The notes beneath the pieces are model-generated. The model made no database searches. It was not told the DNA's origin and saw only the letters and a list, made by a program, of their open reading frames with translations. A DNA stretch of 64,000 nucleotides from Lingula anatina. Taxonomy: Eukaryota; Animalia; Brachiopoda. The stretch spans positions 16,492,001-16,556,000 of the forward strand of contig CM120642.1 in NCBI GenBank assembly GCA_051362555.1. The letters run 5' to 3'. Shown here one piece after another: positions 13,430-25,826 of the stretch. Position 1 is the first letter of the stretch; every line of letters starts with the position of its first letter. The position numbers and the translations under genes are program-made.

Positions 13430-13431
<2 letters not shown>

Positions 13432-13485
<54 letters not shown>

Positions 13486-14835
13486 TATTTATTTCAAGTC
13501 TAAAATCCATAAAATGTTCAATAGAGTGTACAACATAAAATACAAAAGGTTTATAGAAAAAAAATGGTTAAGATATATATTATATAATTAAGAGCTAAAC
13601 TAAATTGTAATAAACAGTAATTAAAAGTAAAAAATCCAAGGTTTCTTTAAAATTGTAAAATCTAAAATTCATGAATAAAATGTCTTAAAAATATGAGTTT
13701 TCAATTCCTTTTTAAAAGATTCTTGTGGTTCTATTTGTCTAATAAAAATTGGCAACTTATTCCACTCTACTGGTGCAGCTACACAAAATGATATGTCACC
13801 ATATGATTTTAACCTTGGTTTTGGAACTTTCAGTAAAAGTTTGTCACCAGACCTCAGGGATCTTTGAGGGCTATAATGTTTGACTAGATCAGTTATATAT
13901 GGTGGAGCTAGATTATAAAAAAGCAGCATGTGTAAAAACTAAAACCTTAAATAAAATTCTGGCCCTAACTGGTAACCAGTGCAGCTGCTTTAAAATTGCA
14001 GTGATATGGCAATCCCTAGGCTGTAGCATTAAAAGCCATGCTGAGATATTCAGGATGCATTGTAATCTTTTGATCTTATCATCTGGACATCCATATAATA
14101 CAGAATTGCAGAAGTCCAGCCTGGAAGTTACCAATGAGTGTATAACAGTAGCAGCAGATGATTGATTCAGATATTTCCTTATGGTGCCAATATTCCGAAT
14201 GTTGAATAAACAAGACCTAGAGATGTTGGAGATCTGTTTGTCCATTGAAAGTGTAAAATCAAAGTATAATCCTAAATTTTTTACATGGGGGGAGGAAATT
14301 GCCATACTAGCTCCAATTTTAAGTTGCAAGTTGTGAGCAAGGCCCTTGTTGTCGGGTTGAGTAATGACTACAAATTCTGTTTTTCCATCATTTACCTTCA
14401 ATTTGTTTGAAATGAGCCAACCTCTGAGATCTGATATGCAATCAACAATGGTATTCACAGACAATGCTAGCTCATGGATGTTACAAGATGTGTACAACTG
14501 GGTATCATCTGCATAAAAGTGGTAACCTATCTTATGATAACGCAGAATTGCTCCAAGAGGTTACGTGTAAACACAAAACTTTAGAGGGCCAAGAACGCTC
14601 CCCTGAGGAACACCAAATAAAAGCTGTGAGAGTTCAGAAAGCACGCCATTTATATTAACTTGATGCATTCTCCCAACAAGATAGGATTGTAAAAGATCTA
14701 AGGCCTTATCTCTAACTCCTACACCCTGCTCTAGAAATGTCAATAAAATATTATGGTCTACTGTATCAAAGGCAGCAGACAAATCTAACAGTACCAATAA
14801 CATAGCGGAATGTTTGTCAACGCCACTTAACAAAT
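13432..14835 (-). mobile_element. 5'-truncated L2/CR1-clade LINE (RT and C-terminal region, frameshifted) with a (TTA)n tail
   Basis: LLDLSAAFDTVDH, GVPQGSVLGP, FYADDTQ (~14500-14517), SRLDFCNS, LHWLPVRARILFK and FKKELKTHIF are spread over three frames. (TAA)n at 13432-13485 on + is the 3' tail. Confidence 0.93.
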
Positions 14836-15120
14836 ATAATTCTAATATCCCCTCTCAGTCAATATATTATTATCATAAACGTCTTTCTGCAAAACACTCG
14901 GCAAAAAAAAAAAAAAAAAAAAAAAAAAAACATAATTGGTGTTGGTTAATACTTAATACAGGTATCACCTTACGGTTGCGCTGAAGTATTCTTATTATTG
15001 ATTTCTCATATCCTTCACAGTGGCACGATATATCTTTTATCCAGACATAACCTTTTCAATTGTTATTAAATTTTCCTTTAAACTCTAGCACACACACTAC
15101 ATAAAACTCTTTTAGCGTGA

Positions 15121-15123
<3 letters not shown>

Positions 15124-15178
<55 letters not shown>
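15124..15178. repeat. (TA)n microsatellite
   Basis: Direct reading. Confidence 0.95.
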
Positions 15179-15182
<4 letters not shown>

Positions 15183-16291
15183 GAACATAAAGACATAAAC
15201 AAAAGAAATTATTAAGACCTGTAAATACGATAATATACAGCGAAACTAATTTGAAACTAATTGCAATGAACATTTGAAATGCAATTACATCTAAATCTAT
15301 GTGAGGCTTGTGAACAGTAATATTACTTCACACCTGTCTTTTTTTCATGGAAATGAACATTTTTAAATTTGAGTTAATTACTGTAAATTCTATTTACAAA
15401 TATTCACAGACAGCCAACAGAAAAAAGAACTAATTACCATAGGTCTTAAAATGTTACAGTAGGTTAGATTAATCAGCAGGGTACAAATTATTGGAACAGC
15501 TAATCCTACAAAAAATATAGAAAATGTCAAGTAAAATCACACCTAATTAAGCCATTATCCTCCCCTTATATTAATATCGTGATGAAAATGATTAAAAGTA
15601 CAGATATAAAGTTGTGATCGTACTGAGATACATTGTACATTTAATAACGGATACAATATACATTTGTTAAGAGGTTAAACAGTGTAAGTAAGAGAGTTAA
15701 AGACTGCATGTGTTGTTCAATAGTAAAAAAAGAATAAGGGAGTATAGTTATCATTCCTTCAGGATGATACAATGAAAAATTTGTATTAATAGAAATTGCG
15801 ACCTACGGTCAAGTATCATACCATTGCCTATTCAGAGAATGATTACAATTAATAATGACGTAATGATGGAAAGTTATGGAAAAATGGATAATCATAGACA
15901 TTGTGTAATAGCTGAGGAATTATTACATTACCAAATAAGGTAATGTAGGAGAAAGACTTTATGATACATCATGAAATTGGAATGACGCTCTATAGGATAA
16001 AAAAGAATACATTGTAACTGGAAAATAAGAATATACGAATAAATTTTTTAGGCTCCCAAAAAGATGTATGTTCTTCATTAATAGTACAGGCGAAATAGCG
16101 GTAGGCCTACTATATTAATACAATGTGAGAAGTAAGATACCTCACGCTTGGTCTTAATTTTCCGACACCTTCATAATTGGTCTACTTTTCTGCCATTTAC
16201 GTAAGTTTCCCTTCAAAATAAAATTCATTTCCATTTTCTCAGATGTTGATGTCAAGTTTTTATTTAACAAAATTTTTATCCACAAACTATT

Positions 16292-17614
16292 TTAACCGAA
16301 GCGATCAAATCTTAATAATTTAAAGAAAGCCTCCCTGAAATTCCTATTCAGCATTCCGTAAATAAAGGGATTAATTACAGACCCGAGGCACATACATTCA
16401 ATAGTAATGTTGAAAAGAATATTAAAGGTGTATCTATTATTTCTGAAGTACCTCTCGCACAAAAATAGTATCATAGATGGAATGAAGAGTAACGTAAAAC
16501 TGGCAAGGATGAGTGACGTCATCTTTGCTACCTTCACTTCTACATTTTTCGCGGCTTTTCCAGGCTTGGCACGATGCTGATGGGCGGCGGGAGAAGAATT
16601 TTGACGATCTTCTCGTGGTCGAGGATTTTGTTTCAAAACGAAAACAGTAGTCGGAGCTGACCGTTTTCCCTTTCCTTTCCCCTTTGTTGGAGCATCTAAC
16701 ATTGCGGGGCTTTTTGGGTCAGCTCTGAATAAAGGCTCTTTTCGAGTTATCGACGTGGTTTTGTAAGAACACCCTGCAATATCAGTCATAAGAGGCACCG
16801 ACGTTTTTGATGTTGAAGGCATCGAAAAGTCTGGGTGGTCCACTTCTCGTCCAAGCCCAATGGGATCATGCGACAAAACACTCTCATTGGTTTGATGGCA
16901 GTTTTCAGAGTTTGTGTAACTCGCGATCTTTCTTTTTTGCTGCTGAACATAGCGGAAAATGGCGATGTAGAACCCGAACGCTGCCAGAAGACATACCGGC
17001 TGGTGAGGAATAATGATGTAGCGCACGAAATCCGCTTGAACTTTACTCGATCTGCATTCTACGCCGGGAGACCAACTGTTCCAACCAAACAGCGGGGGGA
17101 GATTGATGAATACTATGTACAACCACGTGCACCAAATAGTAATAATAAGTTTTTTGCTTGTCACCCATGTCGGGTATTGAACATGTCGACAAATCTTCAT
17201 AAATCTTTCAAATGCTATTAGCACCTGATGCAAGAAAGAGACCTCCATCATAATGCTGAAGATGCATATTTTCATAAGGCATGTGTACTTGTCAAATGAA
17301 AGATGGCGCAGAGACGGGAGGCTTTCAATCAGATACGCCGTTAGTATGTTGTACGGTATGCAAATAGCGCCCGTGAGCAAATCTGCTACGGCGAGGCTCA
17401 CGATTGCGAAGTTTGATCTATGGCGAAGTTCTTTGAATTTCACAAAAGCGACAATGAGGAAAACGTTCCCCAAGATTGCAAGGATAGCTAAAATTACCTC
17501 TACAGTAATGAAAGGGAGACAAGCAATTCCTTTACAAGACCGTGTCTCCGTAGAAGCCTGTTCCAAATCAAAATCCTCCGTGCTGTTGACCTCTGCCATA
17601 GTTTGATTCGACAT
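16292..17614 (-). CDS. Class A (rhodopsin-like) orphan GPCR, intronless CDS, ~440 aa, long third intracellular loop
   Basis: First ATG at 17614 (MSNQTMAEVNST, two N-glycosylation sequons). Motifs GN(TM1), SLAVADL(TM2), C..IAFERF(TM3), W..PPLFGW(TM4), NPFIY(TM7), NRNFREAF(helix 8). Acceptor ttttcag lies just upstream (exon from 17677), implying a 5'-UTR intron. Confidence 0.93.
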   Translation of the reverse strand: MSNQTMAEVNSTEDFDLEQASTETRSCKGIACLPFITVEVILAILAILGNVFLIVAFVKFKELRHRSNFAIVSLAVADLLTGAICIPYNILTAYLIESLPSLRHLSFDKYTCLMKICIFSIMMEVSFLHQVLIAFERFMKICRHVQYPTWVTSKKLIITIWCTWLYIVFINLPPLFGWNSWSPGVECRSSKVQADFVRYIIIPHQPVCLLAAFGFYIAIFRYVQQQKRKIASYTNSENCHQTNESVLSHDPIGLGREVDHPDFSMPSTSKTSVPLMTDIAGCSYKTTSITRKEPLFRADPKSPAMLDAPTKGKGKGKRSAPTTVFVLKQNPRPREDRQNSSPAAHQHRAKPGKAAKNVEVKVAKMTSLILASFTLLFIPSMILFLCERYFRNNRYTFNILFNITIECMCLGSVINPFIYGMLNRNFREAFFKLLRFDRFG

Positions 17615-19157
17615 CTTGCTCCCAATTATATCTACTGTAAACACTCTCAGTTTCACTCGGCAACATAAACATATTCCCTGAAAAGCTTAGTTTTATATTC
17701 AGATCTCACCGAATCAGATATTTGTGTTCGTCAAGCAATTCCGTTGGTTGGCGCCCCTTAATTGGCAATGCTGTCGAGCCTGCTCAGTCTTAAAAATGCT
17801 AAGCTTGTTGTATCGCGAGTGTCCTCCTGTGTTTATAATAGCGAAATTGGATCGATGACAAGTGACTAAGAATTCACAAAAGCAACAATTACTGTAATAG
17901 CGCTTTTTTGATATGATACGTAATAGAAGAAAGATTATCTTCGAGGCCTATCAGGTTTCTTAATATCACGCAGTTCGCGACAAAGCAGTCCTCAGCGTTC
18001 TGTCGAAGTCGCAAAGCACGCAACAAACTTGGCCTCTGAAGATCTGCCTCAGTTGGCCACTTCAAGAAGAAAAAGGGTAATAAAGGGTTCTTGCCAATGC
18101 TATGTGATAAAAGAGGGACGACAAAAGTTTCTGTCCAGTAACTCTCATCAGTAATATTGACCCTTAGAATGACACCACTTCTGGACATTGGAGTAGCACT
18201 AATTCTACTGCATACGTTTTGACAGCTCCCAAATTGGTTTGTCAGGCAACCAAATTGAACTATTGAATTGCAGCAATTACTCGTTAAATTCATACAAAAT
18301 AACTTAACCATTTCACTTGAATATCGTTTTGTAAGCAATTATAAAACTCTGATTCAATAGTCTCGACAAGTTGGATTGCTTCTAAGTAATATTTTGTGGA
18401 TAACAAAATTATTTTTAATCTAAAGCATTTGATTAAGTTAAGCGTTTGGAAAGTGTAGGTAATTACCTTACGAAATAGCAAAGATAAATGACAACAGATA
18501 GCTCCACCACTGCGGAGAACATGCGTCAAGCGCTGGCCAAAGGATCGACATAGGTTTTATGTTTACAATTCTCGGCACAAAGCAGAACAACATTTCTAAG
18601 ACCAGGGAAGCCTTTAGTTTAGAGAACACCCGAATTTGAATCCAAAATTATCTAATGCTCTCCCCACAACACTGATTTTCTGGCTTTTTGTGTATATTTA
18701 CTGAAAGGGGGTGATAATGATATTCTTTTTTGTCGAAGTTGTACATTATTATTTTTATAATCAATGGTACATGTATATCTGAAAAAGAAATATGAAGCAA
18801 AACTTTATTCCTACTGGTGTTGTTTGACATGTCTCCCGAATAAAGTAATCGCAAAGAATCTACATTCGGAACCTCCACCTTTGCAAATCCCATTTTAAAA
18901 GTTGATAGTTTTATTTAGATTTTAACAACAAGAACAACCTAACGTTTTGAGGACAATTTTTCCATGCATTATGAAACCATAATATGACGGTTATTCAAAG
19001 CAATAATTAGGTGAAATGCGACGAAGAGTTCAGGGTCGTTCATGCCAAGACCGCAAAATGAATTTGGCTTTTGAATGCATCGATCCATTTTTCTGTCTAA
19101 TATCCAAGTGATAGTACTTAATGCTTGTGATTTCATCTGTTTTCTACTTTTGATATA

Positions 19158-20372
19158 CACTGATGCTCATAAGTTAAGCAACAGCCACATTTTTTCAAAA
19201 GTTTCTTCTATCATGATCATTATTTAATTTGTTAGTGGAATTATGCATAATTCTTTCATATTTTATTAACAACCTATTCAAATTGAATATTTCTGTTAAT
19301 GAAATACACCACATAAATGGGCATAGGCAGGGCAATCCAAATTTGGGATACCATGCTGTTGCAGCGCGATTTGCACGGACCGTGCTTGATGGATGAGCGA
19401 ATTGTCCTGCACCAAAATGATATTTCTTCCTGGATTTGCTTGAATGTGTGATTGCATGCGCCCCAATGGTATTTCGTCTCTGTATCGTTGACTAGTGTAT
19501 CTCCCTTGCATGACGTACAGTGGCAATTGTTCACCATATGAGAAAGCGCACCATACTATGACGGATACTCCGCCAACGCTTGGTTTGGACCTCTCCAGAC
19601 TCCTAGCCGACCATCTGCATACATCAAAGTGAATCTGCTCTCGTCAGTCCACAGGACCCTTCACCCAGTCCTGAGATTCCATCTTTCTCGGCATCTGGCT
19701 TCTGCCAAACTTATCTCCCTGTGTCTTTTGGTCGACGGTGGCTTTTAACGAGGTCTTTAAATAGAAGTTCAGCTTCTAAAAGATGCCTGTTGACTTTCTG
19801 CCTACTGACTCAAGCTCTTCCTAATCCAGGCCAGATGTTTCTCAGTTGTTTGGCCGACATGAACCGGTTCTGGTGGCGTAGTCGAACCAAACGTTTTCTA
19901 ACTCTTGCGTCGGTTTATCTTGGTCTACCAGAAAGAGGCTTGTTCAATACATGACGAGTTTGGCGCCATTTTGCTACCAGCTTGGACACTTGACTTGGTG
20001 CCACTCTCTGTTCCCTTGCAATTTATCTCTCTGGCACCCCAGCACGATGGCTTTCTATAATTTGCCATCTGATTACCTCCTTGAGTCTTCTTCTAACCAT
20101 TGGTTGGTACAATTTAACCAATTGTGCCCATGAAACTAGCCAAACTGGAAGCTCCGCATGGCATGCCCAAACTGTGTTTTTCGCAAGTGGCACCCCTATT
20201 GCATATTCTACCCTGTCCAGCAGTAAAAATTTCTCAAATGTCACGGCCCACTAGTTCAAAGTAAGAACGAGAGACATGTCTAGCTACTGTACAAACTTTG
20301 CCTCAATAAAAAGCTTGGTTGCTGAAAAATTTGAGAAATTAGAAAGTGTTGCTTAACTTATGAGCATCAGTG
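19158..20372 (-). mobile_element. Tc1/mariner DNA transposon with a decayed transposase
   Basis: TIRs CACTGATGCTCATAAGTTAAGCAAC / GTTGCTTAACTTATGAGCATCAGTG are flanked by TA on both sides. Minus-strand fragments give an HTH region (MVRRRLKEVIRWQII.., SGRPR), VLWTDESRF and ILVQDN, with stops and frameshifts. Confidence 0.93.
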
Positions 20373-21516
20373 TATATTTCTACGAGGTAAAACGTGTTGA
20401 GTCTTTTAGATGACTTAAAAGTGAATCTTTATTGGATTTTGTTTGTAACACTGTATATAGATAAGTAGATGTTGAGATTTGGAACCTTTTATCTCACTTG
20501 CCAAGCAGGATAAGAAAATTGTCCAGCAGGATAAGAAAATGTTGATATTTATTAAATAAAAACAGTACTACATGTAAGTCTATTGAACACTGAATTCATG
20601 TTCAGTTACATTTAGTCTCTCTACGCCAGAAACTTTCTAAACATTAATTTAGCATGTACATATACATGTATTTATTGTAATATTATGATAGGCGGTACAA
20701 CTCAATCTGAGGCTATGGCAATTACTCGATCTTTTTCCATGGGGATATGTGAATTCTACAGATACACTGTTCTGTAATTTTTCAGTCATATTTTTTTAAT
20801 AATTAGAACATTCCTGTTGAGCGGTAGCAATAAAATTAAAAAGCGAGCAACTCTATAGTCCTATTCTAAAAGCACCACAAATGCAGAAATGTAGAGATAT
20901 AATTTTTGGGGATTATAAAACTAGGTAGGCCTATGTGGAAGTTTGACAGTCTTGCCTAGCAAAAAGATCTGGTAATCACTGTACTTGACGTCAGTCGCCT
21001 ACTTGTACGTACATCTGTAGTTTGTCTTTGATTAATTTGGCTTCCTAGGAATCTAGTTAATCGGAGTGTTGACAATGTGGCTACGTCACTCTTACCTAAA
21101 AGCCTTTGGATACCCGTTGAAAAAGAACTAAGAAACAGTATTTAGATTATGGGCAAAGTAATGAAATTGTTTTCATTTGAACCCTTGCATGTATAGCATG
21201 ACCGTGTTTTAAAGGTAAAGCAAACATATCCGCTTAAAAACGGCTGCTTAAGTTTCTCCTAATTTGATTGTTATTCAAGGGGTGCCAATCAGACAGGATT
21301 ACTAGGAAAACTGCCAGTCAGATTAACATTTACACTTATCTTCTACCAGGGCGACAGATTGATTATCCACAGATATTCACAGATATGTTTTCGTAAAGCG
21401 ACACCTGTCTCTGTTAGCCAGAATCGTTTTTGAAATATTAAAATAAATTCAAACTTGGCCCACTCTACAGCATGGCAAGACAACCAGGGACTTTAAATCT
21501 CCGGCCTAGGACATTT

Positions 21517-21633
21517 ATGTGTGAGATAATACACTGTCACCCGAGCGATATATGCCAGAACACCTCGAGCGTCAGCGAGAGGTGTTCATGGCATATATCG
21601 CGAGAGGGTGACAGTGTATTATTTGACATACAT
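21517..21633. repeat. Long imperfect hairpin (palindromic repeat/MITE core)
   Basis: ATAATACACTGTCACCC.AGCGATAT.GCCA.GAACACCTC ... GAGGTGTTCATGGCATATATCGC.AGAGGGTGACAGTGTATTAT. Confidence 0.8.
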
Positions 21634-21929
21634 ACCGAGAAAAAATACAGTCATTTCATCTTGAAACACCCCTAAAACCGAATAAAGTGATCCTATATCA
21701 CGCTCTAGAGATGTTATACGGAATAAACTCTTCCACGTGCGCTAGTCATCTCCCGCCAAATTCTTACGTAATGTCTGACCAATTTGGTCAATTTTTGCTA
21801 AATACTTTTCGTGGACGTTCAACTGGCCTGAAAAGTATTTAATCAACCGTCGACACTGACCATGTGCGTCTCAGCTGAGCCACACCTAGGTGGGACTGCT
21901 GCGGAAAAAAGGTCCCGAGGCAAAACCTC

Positions 21930-22330
21930 TACTTTTTAGTGACATTTCTGATAAAAAGGAGCGTCGGACCGGAATATAGTCAAACTAATTCTTCACAAGT
22001 GCAAAGGAGAAAGAAATTTACTTTTTGGAGATATTTCTGACAACGAGGCAATTCGGAATATAGTCTAAATTGACAGATGTTTATTACAAGTTCACGGGAG
22101 TAATAATTCTAGTTTTTTATTGTTATTTCTGACGACGAGGCGGTTACGGAATATAGTCAAAACCAAACGGATGTTTATTTCAAGTCCACGGGAGTAATAA
22201 CTCTACGTTTTGGTGACATCTTTTACTACGAGGCGGTTTCGGAATATACATATGCTGGTTTTCAGAGTATTCATGTGCTACATGTTATTACAAGTTCAAA
22301 GGGGGAATACATTTGATTTTTACCGATATA
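21930..22330. repeat. ~90-bp degenerate tandem repeat, 4-5 units
   Basis: Recurring GA(C/T)ATTTCTGA..ACGAGGC....CGGAATATAGTC and TTACAAGTTCACGGGAGTAATAA. Confidence 0.75.
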
Positions 22331-23590
22331 TCTGATAAAGAGGAAGAATGAACAGCTTAAAAACAAAAGGTAAATAACACAAATCTCGTTAAAAAGTAAT
22401 ATTTACAAATAATTTGAATACACGTGTGGCTTAAATGTAAACTAATTCCCGTTTTCAAACCATACCCATATGATATGGATTAGTGTAATAAAATGATAAA
22501 TAATAATTGTTAAACGTGAAAAGTTAATGCTAATTTTTTAAGAGTGTGAGAGATTTTAAATTTGTCTACTGGTAGGTGTATAACCAGGGGTAATCCTAGA
22601 GAGGGGTAAGAAACGTCCATCGTTCTCGTCAGTGAGGCTAACCAAATTCAGGGTATGTACGCACAGACAGAAAACCATGTATTGTGGGAACGTTACTAAT
22701 GAAGCCACTGGTAGTACTAGTAGATAGCAGTCTGTAGTCTTGAACAAGCCCCTCGTTGACGAGTGAACAGTTGTCCAAAACAAAAGACCCAGGTGTGGTA
22801 GATCGACTACTTTTCGCACGTGCTGCAAAGACCAAGCCTAACTGCCCCTCAAGGTCACAAACTAATATCCGGTGCTGACGGTTAGGCTCGTCATAATCAT
22901 ATAAGTAGCGCGTTTCCACCCCCTGGTATAACGTAAGCAACGTGCATATTCTCTTGATGCCAAGAAGATCACATGATCACTCTGCCTTTGGCTTTCAGCA
23001 TTTAAGAGACCTCGACTGATTTAACCAAGATGTAGTCGTGAAATTCTAGACTAAATCGAGGTTAAATCCGAGTTTTCCGAGAGACGCTACGCAGAAATGC
23101 CGAGTGAAGCGAGACATTTTTGTGTAGCGGCTCGAGGTTGCCCTTGATCTTCACTGAAGCTTGGCTAAGTGGACAGGCTTCAGTGATCATCATATCGCCA
23201 CGGTCATATAACATCCCTAGGTATGTATTTGCAGACAACGAGCGGTGGCCTTTTCGGCCTCGCCGTACGGCGGAGAGAGACGGTAAAATTCAGCATGGTT
23301 TTGGAGGTGAAGGCTTCCTGCGAACCGTACACATCGATGGGCGGTTGTCACGGTCTCTGTGCACGACGGGGAGACTATAGGCACCGTAACACCGTGCCCG
23401 GCTTCCACGGGGAAGATTTCCTGGTTAGAGTTGACGCTAATCGCCTGTCGCCACTTCCTCTGTCCAGTTTTATCTCGTCGTTTATTTTAAAAACGACACT
23501 AGTAATTAGTTATTAGTTGACAGGTCCGTTTTTGAAAAACGAAACTGGAAACTAGACACTAACTTCAGTGTCCTAGGTTACATTGCAATC

Positions 23591-24320
23591 CATTACAGTG
23601 GCACCCAGTCAACTCAGTAAGTCGAGCTGAATAAATTCAGAGAAGGAAAAACACAAGCATATCATTACCCGAAAAAATATGAAAAGGACGGTTTTGGCGG
23701 TGATCTTTTCTTTAATTTTGGATGAGTATATGATTGTTTTTTACCTGAATTCGAATCAATTTCAACTTTCATTTGAGATTCTATATATTTTGAAAAGGTA
23801 GCGATTGGATGTTTAATAAGCATAAACGGGTTGTATGGGGTTAATCTATTTTTGGTAAAAAGGGGGTAGGCCTATAAAAAAGTCATAGCAAAACTGGAAA
23901 GATTAGAAAAAAAAAGCGGTTGCCTGGCCGACTTGCGATCCAGGGTCCTTTGTCTTGCATTCAGTTGACCCTACCACAGGGCCATCTTAAGTAGGGGACA
24001 ACTGTCTTGTTCATTAACGTTCCTGTGACTGCCTTAAAATGTGCAAGTTAAAATATAAAGCGTCCAGATAAGTATGCCAACGAATGAGGTTGCTTTCTGT
24101 TAGCGCCTACTAATTCGTCTCAAGAGTCCTTGGTTCGAAACTGACCTGTCGCCATTTCTGTCTCAACGCTAATCTTTCTCCCCTAGCTAACCCACTAACA
24201 CCTTACTCACACACTAATATTAGATAGAAATTAGGATACGTGTAGAATGCAACACACTTAGATTCAAATAGTTATAAAAACGTAGCTTCTTAGATAGACC
24301 TCCCAAACGTCGCGTCTCTA
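23591..24320. mobile_element. Dispersed repeat element carrying tRNA-like (A/B-box-like) remnants; family unassigned
   Basis: The first ~380 bp match 9192-9560. It contains a minus-strand tRNA-like stretch at ~23917-23987 and a plus-strand GGTTCGAAAC at ~24132. The right boundary is uncertain. Confidence 0.5.
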
Positions 24321-24687
24321 ATTAAACAAAACATTCAATAATTATTTTTTATCTTCATACCTTCAGAATTAATATCATTTATACGACAAAATGTTTTTAT
24401 TTGCTAGCTACAGTAAATATTCAGATTTTTGTGCTTCAGAGTTTTTTACCGTTTAATACGTCTCTTTTACCCAGTGCTTTATTAAACATCCTTTTTATTA
24501 TGATTATCCTTTTCCCAAAGAATAACTTTTTCAAACAAAATGACAAGATTATAAAATACACCTTGTTACACGCCAAATATACTAATTTTACTGCATGTGT
24601 TAGGAACATAACGAGTCTAATATATGCATGCATTGGAATGATGCTCTTTGGTAATCGGAATTAACTGGAAAGAAAGCATCAAAGTAC

Positions 24688-24969
24688 AGTGGCGGATTTG
24701 GGGGAGTAAGTCAAGCACCCTCAGTTTTTTTTTTTTTTTAAATTAGAACTTAGACTAGCTGAATCATAGTTCTAAACTGTACCAAATGGAACCTTTCGCC
24801 CTCTTAAATACGTTATATTTTCGGTACCCTTCACAGGTCCCTGCACCCCACGCCAAAAGAGGTTGGGACGGGGTCTGCTTTGCATCCGCGGACCCCGCCC
24901 CCTCTTCCAATAATCCTGGATTTGCCCCTGTCGCGGACGCCCTTTCAAATAATCCTGGATCCAGCCCTG
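24688..24969. mobile_element. MITE-like fragments (CAGTGGCGGATTT...AATCCTGGATTTGCCCCTG / AATCCTGGATCCAGCCCTG termini)
   Basis: Inverted termini and a doubled terminal segment; same terminus family as 10150-10180. Confidence 0.6.
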
Positions 24970-24990
24970 AATTATCCACAGTTTTCACTG

Positions 24991-25826
24991 TACGAAGGGG
25001 AGATGACATCAGTGACTGGTGGATGGAATATGGCTACGTGGTACCAAACAGAACGTATACTTCCAAAGAGCAATGTGGTACTTTGATAAAAGGTACATAA
25101 ACACTCCCGTCCTTATCATGTCTGAGGACACAAACCAGACACCGACCTGGGCAGAAGTTAACATTGTCCATTGCTCAGGGATAATTCTTTCACAAAGGGG
25201 AGATCAAATTCAAGAACTTCTTGGGGGAATAGACTACGCAACTTCACCACTAACAGTTTCGCTATAGAATGAAATGTGATAATTGTGACAAACTGGCTTC
25301 TCTACCACATTGGTCTCTCGCTAACCGTCTTTATCAACGGCCAAGGCAGTGCTGTGGATACCTCGCTACACACGCCTCTTCCTTCTCTCTCTCTCTTGCT
25401 TTATTTAACATATTATATCATATATATATCATCAATATTTGTTTGTGAGCGATTTTAACGTCCCAGTTAAACAACCTCTGCATATTTCAAAAATAACCCC
25501 GAGTTGAACAAACAGTTAAGTTGATAAAGAGATACGAACTAAACTTCTTAACACATCAAAATATAGTTATCATTTCAATTATTTATTTCGTTCTTTCACT
25601 GTGACATTCACACCACTGACACTGATGAGCTGACAGATGACACCAAAAGAACCAAGTACGTTAGAGCCTGGACGATGCTAAACTTAGTCCAAAAAGTCTG
25701 AATTGTTAAATATAGGAGGTCTTAATTTCATTTCTGTGTGCATAAAATTAATATTATGATATCGTTAACGTAATAATTTTTTACGCCTCCTGTACATAAA
25801 GGGCGTTTTTTCGAAATCTTTCATTA
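24991..25826 (+). pseudogene. Truncated duplicate of the fucosyltransferase gene (3' CDS fragment plus 3' flank)
   Basis: 24991-25170 matches ~7915-8090 (RRGDDISDWWMEYGYVVPNRT) with a 2-nt insertion frameshift (GAACGTATAC vs GAACGTAC). It then jumps to the equivalent of ~8437 (about 345 bp deleted, including the stop) and stays colinear to ~9172. Confidence 0.92.

Noticed and set aside
13136-13510. Poly-Leu, poly-Ile and YI-repeat ORFs (also 30891, 41479-41905, 50474, 54078, 63132)
   Set aside because: Translations of (TAA)n and (TA)n microsatellites.
17615-17656. N-terminal extension of the GPCR ORF in the track
   Set aside because: It starts at a non-ATG codon; the first ATG is at 17614, downstream of a splice acceptor.
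17889-18338. 149-aa minus-strand ORF upstream of the GPCR
   Set aside because: Non-ATG start, no recognisable domain and no supporting splice structure.
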